A stretch of 64,000 nt of DNA, taken from Victivallales bacterium. Lineage in GTDB: Bacteria > Verrucomicrobiota > Lentisphaeria > Victivallales > UBA1829. Location: NCBI GenBank assembly GCA_045592785.1, contig JAZNVL010000060.1:2045-66044 (forward strand), in the 5' to 3' direction. Shown here one piece after another: positions 54,632-64,000 of this stretch; position 1 is the first letter of the stretch; every line of letters starts with the position of its first letter. The notes under the pieces are model-generated. The model was not told where the DNA came from. It did no database searches and was given only the letters and a program-made list of their open reading frames with translations. The translations under genes were made by a program, and so were the position numbers.

Positions 54632-57265
54632 TCATTTTCCCGTAGTTTTGAATTCCATGTTCGAGAGTCTCTTCAGGTTGTAGATCGTGAAGAGAAGGGT
54701 CGTGACGCCGAGGATCCACGCCATGGCGATAGCAGAGCCGAACCGCAAGTTGGTATAGGCTTCTTTGAAGATGTGCAATTCCGCCACTTCCGTGTTTGCC
54801 CGACCGAAGGTCATGATCATGATGTTGCCGCCGCTCTGCGCCGCACCGATGAACGCACCAACAAAGTTGATGATGATCAGCGATTTGATCGTAGGCAGGG
54901 TGACGTGCCAGATCTTCATGAAGAAGTTGGCTCCGTCGATTTCCGCAGCTTCATATACATCGTCCGGTACGCCTTTGAGAGCCGCCAGATAGATCAGACA
55001 GCCCGGTCCGGCACTCGCCCAGACCGAAGGCAGAATACACGCAAGCATTGCCCATTTGGAGTCTTCCAACCAGGCGATCGGCTGGAAGACCAGACCTTCG
55101 TAACCTTCGCTGAAAATTGAACCGATCGGCACCAGTACATAGTTGATGCCGTCCACGATCGCCTGAACGACCTGGTTCATGATACCGGCAGGGCCGGCAC
55201 CGTAGAACAAACGCCACATGTAGATCACCACCAGACCGCTCATGACGGCAGGCAGATAGAACAACGTACGGTACAACACCTTGAACCGGGAGACTTCCTG
55301 CAGCAGGATCGCCAGAATGATCGGGGCAAAGAAGCCGAGAGCCAGGATCAGGCACATGTAACGGATGGTGTTCCAGATGGATGCCCACCATTCTGTGCTG
55401 AACAGAACGTCTGCAAGGTTGTTCAGACCGATCCACTTGGATTCCCCGACGAACCGGAAATCCTGGAAGAGGATCTTTGACCCGGAGAACATCGGACAGT
55501 AGACCCATAGGAGAATACTGATCAATGCCGGGAGCATAATCATATATGCAGGCCATTTTTTCGCAAATTCAAACCCGCGTCTCTTGCCGGACACAACATC
55601 TTTCGGAGAGAAGATCATCCAGATCTTGTAAACGGCGACCGAGAAGATACACATAATAATGATCGCGGCAACAACAGCCCAGTTGTTACGACGCTGACGT
55701 TCTTCCGGCGGAAGATGTCCGATCATCTGGATCGTGGTGCTTGCCACGGATTTCTGCAGGATCTTCTGCAACAGGTCAAGGCGTTCTTCCCGGTCTTCCG
55801 GAAGTTTGCCGTCGCGGGCGAGCTGCAACGCTTCGTCCATGGGCTTTGTCAACATGATATAAACCAACTGACAGTTTCTGCCGTAGGGTTCAGGAACCCC
55901 GTTGGCAACTGCTTCGTTGAACACGCGTTCGAAATCCGGGGGGAAGAATTTGAGGTATTCTTCATAACCGTATTTGCGGCACCAGTAAGGAGAAAGAGAT
56001 TGTCCGGCACCTGCTGCGACCAGATAGTCAGCGCGGATCTGGTTCGCTTCGTCAGAATTCATGAAGGAGACGTAGAGCCATGCAGCTTCGCGGATCTCTT
56101 CCGCCGTGACGTATACGCCTTCACTGTTGTTACGTCCGTCGATGGCGGAGAAGATACCTTCCATACGGGCGTTGATTTCAGTTTTACCCTTGCCGCCTTT
56201 TTCTTTCGGCGGGAATGCGGAAACACCATAGAGTGCGGGGTTGATGTCTCCACCCCCCATCTTTTTCTGTTCCATATAGGGCAGGGTCATGGCGATCTTC
56301 CAGGCACTGGCACCGGCTTTTTCGTTCTGTGCGGAAAGGGAGGTATAACCTTTCTGCAATTTCTGGTCGGAGTCATACCAGGGTTCCGTCACCAGAGTCA
56401 CATAGAAGTCAAGCGCTTCTGCCGCTTCACGGGTCCCGTAAGCAGCGACCCAGTTGCCGTCTTCATCTTGCGCCACAACGTCTCCGCCCGCAGACCAGAG
56501 ATAACCGACGAAGTCCCAGGAGGACTGTGTGCCGCCGGCGACCTGGATCCCGAAACGGCGTTCCGCCGGGTCGGAAAGCTTTTTCGCATATTCGTGAAGT
56601 TCTTTCCAATCTTCCGGGGGACGGTCGGGGTCGAGTCCGGCTTCCTGGAAGAGGTCTTTACGCCACATCAGCACGCGGACCAGCAGGTCACCGGGGATAA
56701 ACCAGAGGTGATCACCTGCGGGAACGTCATGGATATCCGGCCCTTCGCGTTTTGCGACGGGGCGAATCGGGGCTGCCATATCTTCCATGAACCCTTCGAG
56801 CTTGGTGGGATAGTCACGATTGACGAATTCATCCAGCGGATAGATGAAGCCCTGCTGGATGTAGGTATCGGACATACGGAAGTTCACGTTCAGGATATCG
56901 GGAGCCATACCGCCGGCGATAGCCAGCATCAGTTTGGATTCTTCACCCATCCCCGGGATGGTGATACCGGAGAACTGACTCATTTCGATAAAGGGATATT
57001 TTTTACGGAAGGCACGGAAAACGGCCTGTTCTGCCATTTGACTGGGAGACGTGTTTTTCGGATCGGGGATCTGCAGAACACGCAGGGGGATCTTCTTTGT
57101 CCCATCAAAGGGATGATGGGGGATAAACACGGTCTTTTTGACCTTTGGCGCATCTGCTGCTGCTGCATCTTGCGCCAGCGTGCATGGAATCGCTGCGACT
57201 GCCGATAACATCAACGTTGCCGGCAGAAGAAGTGCTTTCCATTTCTTCCTGTAACTTACTGACAT
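54632..57265 (-). CDS. Fusion of an extracellular solute-binding protein with a MalF-like ABC permease (877 aa)
   Basis: Signal sequence: KALLLPATLMLSAVAAIPCTLA. An SBP-like domain of ~480 aa follows, then a permease with the EAA motif EAAEIDGANFFMKIWHVTLPTIKS. Confidence 0.7.
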   Translation of the reverse strand: MSVSYRKKWKALLLPATLMLSAVAAIPCTLAQDAAAADAPKVKKTVFIPHHPFDGTKKIPLRVLQIPDPKNTSPSQMAEQAVFRAFRKKYPFIEMSQFSGITIPGMGEESKLMLAIAGGMAPDILNVNFRMSDTYIQQGFIYPLDEFVNRDYPTKLEGFMEDMAAPIRPVAKREGPDIHDVPAGDHLWFIPGDLLVRVLMWRKDLFQEAGLDPDRPPEDWKELHEYAKKLSDPAERRFGIQVAGGTQSSWDFVGYLWSAGGDVVAQDEDGNWVAAYGTREAAEALDFYVTLVTEPWYDSDQKLQKGYTSLSAQNEKAGASAWKIAMTLPYMEQKKMGGGDINPALYGVSAFPPKEKGGKGKTEINARMEGIFSAIDGRNNSEGVYVTAEEIREAAWLYVSFMNSDEANQIRADYLVAAGAGQSLSPYWCRKYGYEEYLKFFPPDFERVFNEAVANGVPEPYGRNCQLVYIMLTKPMDEALQLARDGKLPEDREERLDLLQKILQKSVASTTIQMIGHLPPEERQRRNNWAVVAAIIIMCIFSVAVYKIWMIFSPKDVVSGKRRGFEFAKKWPAYMIMLPALISILLWVYCPMFSGSKILFQDFRFVGESKWIGLNNLADVLFSTEWWASIWNTIRYMCLILALGFFAPIILAILLQEVSRFKVLYRTLFYLPAVMSGLVVIYMWRLFYGAGPAGIMNQVVQAIVDGINYVLVPIGSIFSEGYEGLVFQPIAWLEDSKWAMLACILPSVWASAGPGCLIYLAALKGVPDDVYEAAEIDGANFFMKIWHVTLPTIKSLIIINFVGAFIGAAQSGGNIMIMTFGRANTEVAELHIFKEAYTNLRFGSAIAMAWILGVTTLLFTIYNLKRLSNMEFKTTGK

Positions 57266-57480
57266 TTTTTTCTCCTTATAAACAGCTAAAAGCTGGGCTC
57301 ATAATTTGGGGACTATAGTAATTTACTCTATCTTTTCAGAAAATCAAGTGTTTTTCAGGAAAAAATACAAAAAAAATGCGCATTGTTTTATAACGCATCG
57401 TATTTATAGTATGTTACAATAAAAAACAGCCAATGGAGTGATTGGTTTCACATCCATTGGCTGTCCGGTTGTCAGAACGA

Positions 57481-60400
57481 TTATTCCGCCGCGTGTATAC
57501 GCATCAGAACTGTTTCTTCTTTCTTGAGTTGCATACGGAATGACGCTGCATCTTTTTCCGTAAATACGGCTTTGCCGCCGAGATTTCCGGAAAAGACTTT
57601 TTCGCCGTCGCAGACATCCAGTTTATACTTCCCGGCAGGAAGCTTGGTACCGCAGTTGACTGCTGTATCCCGTTCGCTCCAGTTGACCACCAGAAGAAGT
57701 TTTTCTTTGTCGGAAACACTTAACATGTAAAGCTGTACGTCATGATCCCGGTCTCTTTCCAGATACAGGGATGCGCCTTTGGCTTTCAGAGCATCAAAGA
57801 GAGCGGCTTTGAATTTTGCACTAAGTTCTTCTGTGGCAGGTTCATTGATCGGGTCGAACGCAATGGTCGTCACCGGGATCCCGTCAAGTGCCGGACTCTT
57901 CCGCGGTTCGCCTTTTTCGTCCACTGTGCCGATGGGATAGCTGCCGACTGCGATGATCTTGACACCGGCATCGGCGGCTGCTTTCAGCGCATCGCGTTCC
58001 GCATCGGAGATGGCATAGGCAAAGGGCAGGATGATGACCTGATAATTCTTTGCAATATTCTTCCATTCTTCCGGACGGTGCATGGCGTAGATTTCATAGG
58101 GAACGGCGTTCCGGACCAGATTGGCGGCTGTCCAGAAGAACTGGGTGAAGCCCTGGATGCAGCGTTCTTTTTTGGTCAGCTGGCTGGCATCCTTCCGGAA
58201 TTCCTCCCGGAGATGCCACCAGTCTTCACTGGTCCGGCTGCGCAAGACGAGTACATCCTTCGGGATCTCGGCATTGCGTCCGCCCCAGGAAGAGAGGACT
58301 TTTGTCATAAAGCCGCCTTTCTTCACGGCAGCGCGGGTGGCCGGGGGCTTCATGTAAATGTAGTTGTAACGCCAGAAGTTGGCGTACTGTCCCTTATTGA
58401 AGTAAGTGACAAGGGGTCCTGCGGTATAAGCGACATCCGGATAATCATCGTAGACCAGCGGGTTCACGACTTTACCGTGTTCCATCTTCATACCCCAGTT
58501 GCAGTTGAGGGTCGCCATGGAAAGACGTTTGGGCGTACATGCGACCTGTACTGCGGTCTGGATCCCGGGACGATACGTTCCGGTGGGCATATCACCCACG
58601 CCGTAGTAAGTCCCGTCACCGCCGATGACGTCACATTTTCCTTCGAACCCCCAGGCATCGTGTCCGCTGACGTATTCGAAACGGTTTTTGTAGTGATCGC
58701 AACCGGCGAACCCGCCGAAGGTAAGCGCTTCGGGATTACACTTCATGGTGTCGTCTTTGATCTCCGCCATCCATGTTGCGACCCGTTTCAGGTTCCAGAG
58801 ATACCCCATACGGACTGCCAGAGTATCGGCTCTTCCCTTCGGAGGAAGTTCCGAAAGTCCGGACCACTGGAAGAACGCCTGTTTGTCTTCCGGTTTGACG
58901 GTGTGCCCGATGCGGATCTGATGTTCGTCGACACAGACGGGAACGCCATGGGTTTTCCGTTCCGCGATTTCCTGTGCGAAGATGACCTGTTTGAGCCGTT
59001 TGGTTTCCTTCTTGTGGAAGGACCAGGCACGGGGGATAACGAAGTTTTTGATCTCGTGTTTGTTACATTCTTCGTTGATCTGTGACAGCAGATCGACATC
59101 ATGGCTGACATGCCAGACTTTGCTGGGCCAGACAACGGGTTCGGGATATGCGACTCCGGGGAGCGGTTTGACTCCGGGAGGCATGACGGCTGTGCTGGGC
59201 GGGAAGTGAAGAATGAAGTTGGAATAGAGATCCTTGTAATCCTTCATCATATTCTGCCATTCCTTCCATGTATTCAGAGGCGGAACGGTGACTTTGGGGG
59301 CAGGGGCAGCCTTTTTCGTTTCTGCCTGTCCCAGTCCGGCATCTTCTTCATCGCCGAAGAGAGACGCATCATCCATGGCAGATGACATGGTTGGCTTGGG
59401 ATTTTTTGCCTTTTCCAGATCTCTGAAATACTTCTGGAATACGCCCTGGATCCCGAACATCCAGGATTCCAGTGTGAAACCGAAATAAAGACGGTCTTTT
59501 TTCTTTGCTTCTGCGGGAACGGGGAGTTCATTGCCCCGTGCGAAAGCGGGCGCATTGGAAAGCGCGGTTGCTGCCGGATATTGTCCTGCGGGCCCGATAA
59601 TGCGTACTTCATGCGCGCCGCCGATGTACTGAATGGCGTGGAAGGACGTGGGTTTCTCGAATTTATGGATGAACCAGATATAATCCTTCAGGTTGCCCCA
59701 TGTGCTGAATCTGGGCGCATTGAGCTTTTCGTTGATAACGGTCTCGAATGTGCCGTCTCCATCGGCATCACCATAGAGAAGCATGGTATCTTTGGGGATC
59801 GTGATCCGGATCTCGGAAATCTTTACGGCTTTCGGGAAACGGAAGATCACGGGATTTTCGTAATGTGTTCCAACGGATCCGTCGGAGAGATAACGGGTAC
59901 GCGCGGTGAAGTCACCGGGCGCGATCTCATCGGCGAAGGGCATGAGGTTTTCCATACCGGCGGGGATGGGACAGTCTCTGCCATCGAAGTATTCCGGCGG
60001 AATGAACTTTGCATACTGCTGATGAGGATTGACCTGATACGGAACAATGGGGTGTTCCGAAGAGGAGATCCGGATGTCGGAGACTTTAACTGTTCCGGTG
60101 GTGTTGAATTTGAGCGTGACATTTTCCGCATTGCCGGGGATCTCCGCAAAGAAATAACGGAAGGGCATACGGGTCGCCGAGACTTTTTTCGGGGGCGCGG
60201 AGACCGGTGCGATCACGTCATTTCCGTTGAACATGAGAGTTGCGGAAATGGTTCCGTTCCCTTCGGCACGGAATGCAGCCACGAGGGATTTCTTTTTGTA
60301 TTTGCCGGCATCGATGTCGGCAGTCATTTCATTTTTGGCGTTGGCATCTGCGCCGTTGAGTTCGCCTTTCCAGACAAGGTCATTGACGGGTTCGAAGTTT

Positions 60401-60990
60401 CTGGCGAAGATATCCCGTTTGAGAGCTGTGACTTTGAAATCATCCACAACAAGCTGTCTCATGTTGTCCATGATGTAGGGACGGTTTTTCGTTCGTTGCC
60501 CGAGGACGAAATCAATGGTCGTTGTATTTTTATCAAGCGCGGGGAAGATCATCCGGTGCCGTACGGGTGTCTTCACCGTTGTCCGTTTGAGACAGGTGGA
60601 ATAAAGCGGGCGGATCACAGTTCCGGTCGCTTTGTTGTTGACTACGGGCGAGATATAACTGCTGGGATTATTGTAGTAACCACTCATATCGAATTCACCG
60701 GCGGCGGTGAACGCGATTTCCAGGGGGAGTCCCCGGAGGTTTTTCGGGATCCGGATACGGAGCGTGACAGGACGCCATACGTTGAGCGATTCGCTGCCGG
60801 AGATCACTTTGTCGGGTTCCGCGGGAGCCCAGGAATCCTTCGGGAGGATCCAGTCGCCCCAGGTGTTGCCGACGATATTGGCTTTTCCGGAAATGGGATC
60901 GGGTTCGAACCCGGGATCAGAAATCGGAATATTCTGTGCCGTGACGGCAGATCCCGTCAACAGTGCAGCCAAAAACAGACAATGTTTCAT
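57481..60990 (-). CDS. Large secreted protein of unknown function (1169 aa), probably glycan-related
   Basis: Signal peptide: MKHCLFLAALLTGSAVTAQN. It lies in a carbohydrate-utilisation neighbourhood. No domain recognised. Confidence 0.6.
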   Translation of the reverse strand: MKHCLFLAALLTGSAVTAQNIPISDPGFEPDPISGKANIVGNTWGDWILPKDSWAPAEPDKVISGSESLNVWRPVTLRIRIPKNLRGLPLEIAFTAAGEFDMSGYYNNPSSYISPVVNNKATGTVIRPLYSTCLKRTTVKTPVRHRMIFPALDKNTTTIDFVLGQRTKNRPYIMDNMRQLVVDDFKVTALKRDIFARNFEPVNDLVWKGELNGADANAKNEMTADIDAGKYKKKSLVAAFRAEGNGTISATLMFNGNDVIAPVSAPPKKVSATRMPFRYFFAEIPGNAENVTLKFNTTGTVKVSDIRISSSEHPIVPYQVNPHQQYAKFIPPEYFDGRDCPIPAGMENLMPFADEIAPGDFTARTRYLSDGSVGTHYENPVIFRFPKAVKISEIRITIPKDTMLLYGDADGDGTFETVINEKLNAPRFSTWGNLKDYIWFIHKFEKPTSFHAIQYIGGAHEVRIIGPAGQYPAATALSNAPAFARGNELPVPAEAKKKDRLYFGFTLESWMFGIQGVFQKYFRDLEKAKNPKPTMSSAMDDASLFGDEEDAGLGQAETKKAAPAPKVTVPPLNTWKEWQNMMKDYKDLYSNFILHFPPSTAVMPPGVKPLPGVAYPEPVVWPSKVWHVSHDVDLLSQINEECNKHEIKNFVIPRAWSFHKKETKRLKQVIFAQEIAERKTHGVPVCVDEHQIRIGHTVKPEDKQAFFQWSGLSELPPKGRADTLAVRMGYLWNLKRVATWMAEIKDDTMKCNPEALTFGGFAGCDHYKNRFEYVSGHDAWGFEGKCDVIGGDGTYYGVGDMPTGTYRPGIQTAVQVACTPKRLSMATLNCNWGMKMEHGKVVNPLVYDDYPDVAYTAGPLVTYFNKGQYANFWRYNYIYMKPPATRAAVKKGGFMTKVLSSWGGRNAEIPKDVLVLRSRTSEDWWHLREEFRKDASQLTKKERCIQGFTQFFWTAANLVRNAVPYEIYAMHRPEEWKNIAKNYQVIILPFAYAISDAERDALKAAADAGVKIIAVGSYPIGTVDEKGEPRKSPALDGIPVTTIAFDPINEPATEELSAKFKAALFDALKAKGASLYLERDRDHDVQLYMLSVSDKEKLLLVVNWSERDTAVNCGTKLPAGKYKLDVCDGEKVFSGNLGGKAVFTEKDAASFRMQLKKEETVLMRIHAAE

Positions 60991-61014
60991 GTTGCAATTC
61001 CTTTATTGTTCGAT

Positions 61015-61785
61015 TCAAAGATCTTCGGGTCGTACCGGACTTCCGTGCGGGGAGATTTGAAATACTTCCGCATGCACGATCGTTCTGCCTTTTTCGGGGC
61101 CATACTGACGCATCAGCAGTTCCCGGTTGTATTCGGCATGACACCGGTTTTTGAATCCTTTGCGTTCTACGAGACGGGGATAGACTTCATCCCAGGGCAT
61201 TTCCCGTTCTTCCGGCAGGAGCATCTGATCCCGGTGCAGGGAAATGGCTTTCATCTTTTCTTCCAGATAAGGCTCGATATCCAGAGCCCAATCGCCGATG
61301 AAGTTGCGGTCACGACCGTCGACATCGGCGTGGTAAAGAAGAACAGGGACATGGGGCAGGGCAGGGGTATCCCGGCAGAAACCCGGGATCGCGGTCATGA
61401 ATACAGAATCCATAGCCAGGCGTGAGGCGGCACGGTGATCGGGATGATAATCATTGCCCGGGTGAGTGATCACCAGATCCGCGTTGCATTTGCGGATCTC
61501 CCGTACGACCATTTCCCGTATGGAGAGAGAAGGTTCCAGATAACCGTCGCGGATGGGGAGGATCGTGAGATCCACGTTCAGGAAGTCAGCGGCTTGCTGT
61601 GCTTCCCGTTTCCGCAATGCGATGGCTTCTTCCGGCGGGATCAATCCGCAACCGGATTCCCCGTTGGTCAATACGACGATATGGATCTTTGCACCGCGTT
61701 CGCGGAAATAGATCATGGTCCCGCCGCAGGAACTTTCTGCATCATCGGGATGTGCCATAAGAAAAACTACGTTCTTGATATTCAT
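61015..61785 (-). CDS. PIG-L/LmbE-family deacetylase
   Basis: VVFLMAHPDDAESSCGG...ITHPGNDYHPDHRAAS. Confidence 0.8.
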   Translation of the reverse strand: MNIKNVVFLMAHPDDAESSCGGTMIYFRERGAKIHIVVLTNGESGCGLIPPEEAIALRKREAQQAADFLNVDLTILPIRDGYLEPSLSIREMVVREIRKCNADLVITHPGNDYHPDHRAASRLAMDSVFMTAIPGFCRDTPALPHVPVLLYHADVDGRDRNFIGDWALDIEPYLEEKMKAISLHRDQMLLPEEREMPWDEVYPRLVERKGFKNRCHAEYNRELLMRQYGPEKGRTIVHAEVFQISPHGSPVRPEDL

Positions 61786-61811
61786 TGAACTGCCCTGCCG
61801 TTATCCTGTCC

Positions 61812-63779
61812 TCAGATGTCGAACTTGCCGGTGACTTCTGCTCCATCCATGACGAGGGTATATTCGCCGGTGATGAAGTTGACCAGAGCACTGTCGCCGT
61901 TGGAGTAGGTCGTCTTCTGGACCGCACCCAATTCATCCAGCATCTGCCAATCCGTGATGGATTCGTACCCGATCCTTCCGTGGAAGTCGGAAAGGATCTT
62001 CAGCCCGTTGACAAGTTCGCCGTCGGCATCGAAATCGTGATCCGGCGGGATCGTCATGTTTTCCTGGATATCCAGACGGTACGAAGGCAGTCCGCCCCAG
62101 AGGAGACACCACAGACGCATGTCGAATTTTTCGGGAATGACCAGACCGTCTTTGATCACCGCGCAACCGTTTTTCTGACGGTGTATGTTGATGTAGGCGG
62201 GGATCAGCAGGCAGTCATGCCATACCATACTGTAAAGCGGGATGCTTTTGCCGAATGTTTTCATGGTGCCGAGCAGCACATGGGGGACCACATCCGGCTG
62301 TACGGTATGACAGAAGTCCATCAGACCGACGCACCAGTCGTTTCCGGATTCGCTGCCGACGAGCAGACCGCGGTTGTTGTATTCCGAGAAGGAGGTCTGC
62401 CAGTGCTGTTTGGTATCGGAACGGGTACAGAGATGTCTCTGATCGTAACATTCCCGGAGATGTCCGATGGACCAGCAGTCCACATATTCGCCGTCGATCG
62501 TGCAATGTTCGGCGAGTTCATCCAGCGTGCGTTTCACATACTTGAGTCCCTGGGAAGAGCAGAGCCATTCCTGATCGCCGCCCAGCCATTCACGGGATTC
62601 ATGATGAAGTCCATCCATGTTCTGCACGCCGTCCGGATTGTTCTTGAAGGTTTCAGTATGCTTGTAGAAGTCCACATAGTTGTTGTGAAGCAGGAAAATG
62701 TTTCCGTCTTCGTGGATCGCTTTTTCGAACTCACAGAAACCCTTCCATCCGCCCAGTCGGGTGTCCGGAGGAAGAATGTACGGATGATCGAAGTCATACC
62801 CGTTGGTTCCCCAGCCGTCCACATGGACCATGATCTTTTTGATGTCAGAACGTTTATACAGTTCTTTGTAACGGCGGATCGCTTCCCGGAACGAGATATA
62901 GCGGACCATATCACAGTTCTTGGTGTCCCGGGCGCGGAAGACGGACATCAGCCACACGTTCCAGATGGCAGCACCCATCATGTGAGCGAGGATGGGTTTG
63001 TCCAGGACTTTTTCCCGCAGAGTGTGGGCGATGCCCATGATCCGGTCTGCATGTTGACGGTATACTTTCGCCATTTCGATGACAGACGTTTTCTTGAAGA
63101 ACTGGAATTCCATGTAGCGGGTATATTTCAACCCGCCCAGGGATGCCTGCCAGTAAGGATGACAGGTCCCACCCTGACCATTGGTTTTGTTGGTCATGTG
63201 GAACCCGAGGTCATCGGGAGTCCGTGTCAATGCAACAAATCCTGCTCCGTTCCTGTCCAGTTGTCCCCACCAGGGCATCTGGAAACCCGGTCCCACATAA
63301 ACGGGAAGGGTCAGATCGTATTCCGTTGTTTCATCCTTATCCACCAGGGTACCCTGGGAGATGGGCAGGACGAGATCCCCTTTGGAACCTTCGGGGAAGA
63401 GGAATCCTCTGGGATACCAGCTGTCGACGAGAGACGCTTCCAGCTGTTCCTGACGGTGGGGGGCAAGGTTGATGATGAGTTTATTGTTTTCGACTTTGTA
63501 AGTGACAGTGACACCGAACGCCAGCGGGCTCCACACGTTGGCGGAGTAGGGCCAGTGCATCAAGGTGCACTGCACGCTGCTTTCGCTCAAAACTTCCCAT
63601 TTCCGGGTCTTTGCCTGGCTGAACATGAATGTCTGGTAGGGACCGCAATGGCCCTTGACACCCAGGTCGCCGGGTCCGTCTTCGCACATCCGCCAGACTT
63701 GTCCGGCGGCATTGACGGTGACGGAAAGGGTGATGTCATCGATCATGACTTCCAAATCGTTGGAACGGATCGTCTGCAT
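61812..63779 (-). CDS. Hypothetical protein, 655 aa (possible TIM-barrel glycosidase-like)
   Basis: Long host-like ORF. The VHVDGWGTNGYDFDHP segment is reminiscent of glycosidase barrels (weak evidence). Confidence 0.55.
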   Translation of the reverse strand: MQTIRSNDLEVMIDDITLSVTVNAAGQVWRMCEDGPGDLGVKGHCGPYQTFMFSQAKTRKWEVLSESSVQCTLMHWPYSANVWSPLAFGVTVTYKVENNKLIINLAPHRQEQLEASLVDSWYPRGFLFPEGSKGDLVLPISQGTLVDKDETTEYDLTLPVYVGPGFQMPWWGQLDRNGAGFVALTRTPDDLGFHMTNKTNGQGGTCHPYWQASLGGLKYTRYMEFQFFKKTSVIEMAKVYRQHADRIMGIAHTLREKVLDKPILAHMMGAAIWNVWLMSVFRARDTKNCDMVRYISFREAIRRYKELYKRSDIKKIMVHVDGWGTNGYDFDHPYILPPDTRLGGWKGFCEFEKAIHEDGNIFLLHNNYVDFYKHTETFKNNPDGVQNMDGLHHESREWLGGDQEWLCSSQGLKYVKRTLDELAEHCTIDGEYVDCWSIGHLRECYDQRHLCTRSDTKQHWQTSFSEYNNRGLLVGSESGNDWCVGLMDFCHTVQPDVVPHVLLGTMKTFGKSIPLYSMVWHDCLLIPAYINIHRQKNGCAVIKDGLVIPEKFDMRLWCLLWGGLPSYRLDIQENMTIPPDHDFDADGELVNGLKILSDFHGRIGYESITDWQMLDELGAVQKTTYSNGDSALVNFITGEYTLVMDGAEVTGKFDI

Positions 63780-63815
63780 AAGACAGTTACTCCTGTTTCT
63801 TACTTCTGTTTTTGC

Positions 63816-64000
63816 TTATTTTGCCGCTTTGTAGATGCGGACAAGTTTCACTTCCTGCGGATTCAGTTCGATCATGAATTTCTTCAGATCGGCTGCGGGA
63901 ATCAGTTCTTTACCCTTCAACGCATTCTTGTTCAGCTGCATGGCGTCAGAGTTGAACGTTTCCATACGGTACGTTGCACCTTCTTCCACGGGGAGGCTGA
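63816..64000 (-). CDS. 3' end of a gene continuing beyond the window (…NPQEVKLVRIYKAAK*)
   Basis: I checked triplets from 63816 to 64000 by hand and found no stop on the minus strand. TAA is at 63816-63818. Absent from the track because no start codon lies within the window. Confidence 0.45.
   Translation of the reverse strand, partial: SLPVEEGATYRMETFNSDAMQLNKNALKGKELIPAADLKKFMIELNPQEVKLVRIYKAAK

Noticed and set aside
52894-54645. 583-aa plus-strand ORF; similar long plus-strand ORFs at 55715-57208, 57742-59085, 59581-61425, 45637-46968, 47146-48279 and 50068-51135
   Set aside because: All are antisense to long, motif-supported minus-strand genes. They are shadow frames of GC-rich coding DNA.

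Overview
All calls come from reading the sequence and ORF track and from remembered family motifs. No search was run.

The window has two parts.

(A) nt 1 to ~25,480 is a mosaic accessory/defence island ending at tandem tRNA-Tyr and tRNA-Gly genes. It contains:
- A catalytically dead prokaryotic Argonaute (MID-PIWI), open at the window edge. A downstream partner gene follows, with a C-terminal region that looks like a DisA_N/diadenylate-cyclase fold. That partner is broken by an A9 homopolymer frameshift.
- An 18.7-kb type 1 BREX operon, all on the minus strand and tightly coupled: brxA-brxB-brxC-pglX(N)-[4 genes]-pglX(C)-rhuM-pglZ-brxL.
  - pglX is split into two ORFs 4.4 kb apart.
  - The gap holds an AT-rich cassette: a DUF1016 nuclease, a membrane-anchored coiled-coil protein, an unknown 343-aa protein, and an Abi-alpha/DUF2806-like protein.
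  - The last cassette gene is flanked by a 46-bp direct repeat of the pglX(C) start that differs mostly at synonymous sites.
  - BrxL carries a non-Lon, MIT_C/PLD-like C-terminus.
  - pglX(N) contains in-frame heptamer-periodic repeat patches arranged as inverted pairs.
- A patchwork junction with a beta-clamp-like pseudogene, a GIY-YIG/DUF4357 nuclease, a truncated PUA-like protein, a truncated ORF, and an 11-12-bp tandem array.

(B) nt ~25,800 to 64,000 is GC-rich chromosomal backbone of a Gram-negative (lpxA) glycan-degrading bacterium, possibly PVC-like (a guess). It contains lpxA, a lactate permease, MscS, YbaK, an Opp/Dpp permease, NUDIX, ClpC, and GT2. It also holds two tandem ~1025-aa hydrolase paralogs, an unusual ABC transporter (SBP-permease fusion plus a giant-ectodomain permease), a PIG-L deacetylase, and large secreted proteins. 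A head-only Mu-like module (portal to gp36-like, plus two HTH genes) sits between core genes.

The best candidates for something new are the cassette inside split pglX and the pAgo + DAC-like pair.
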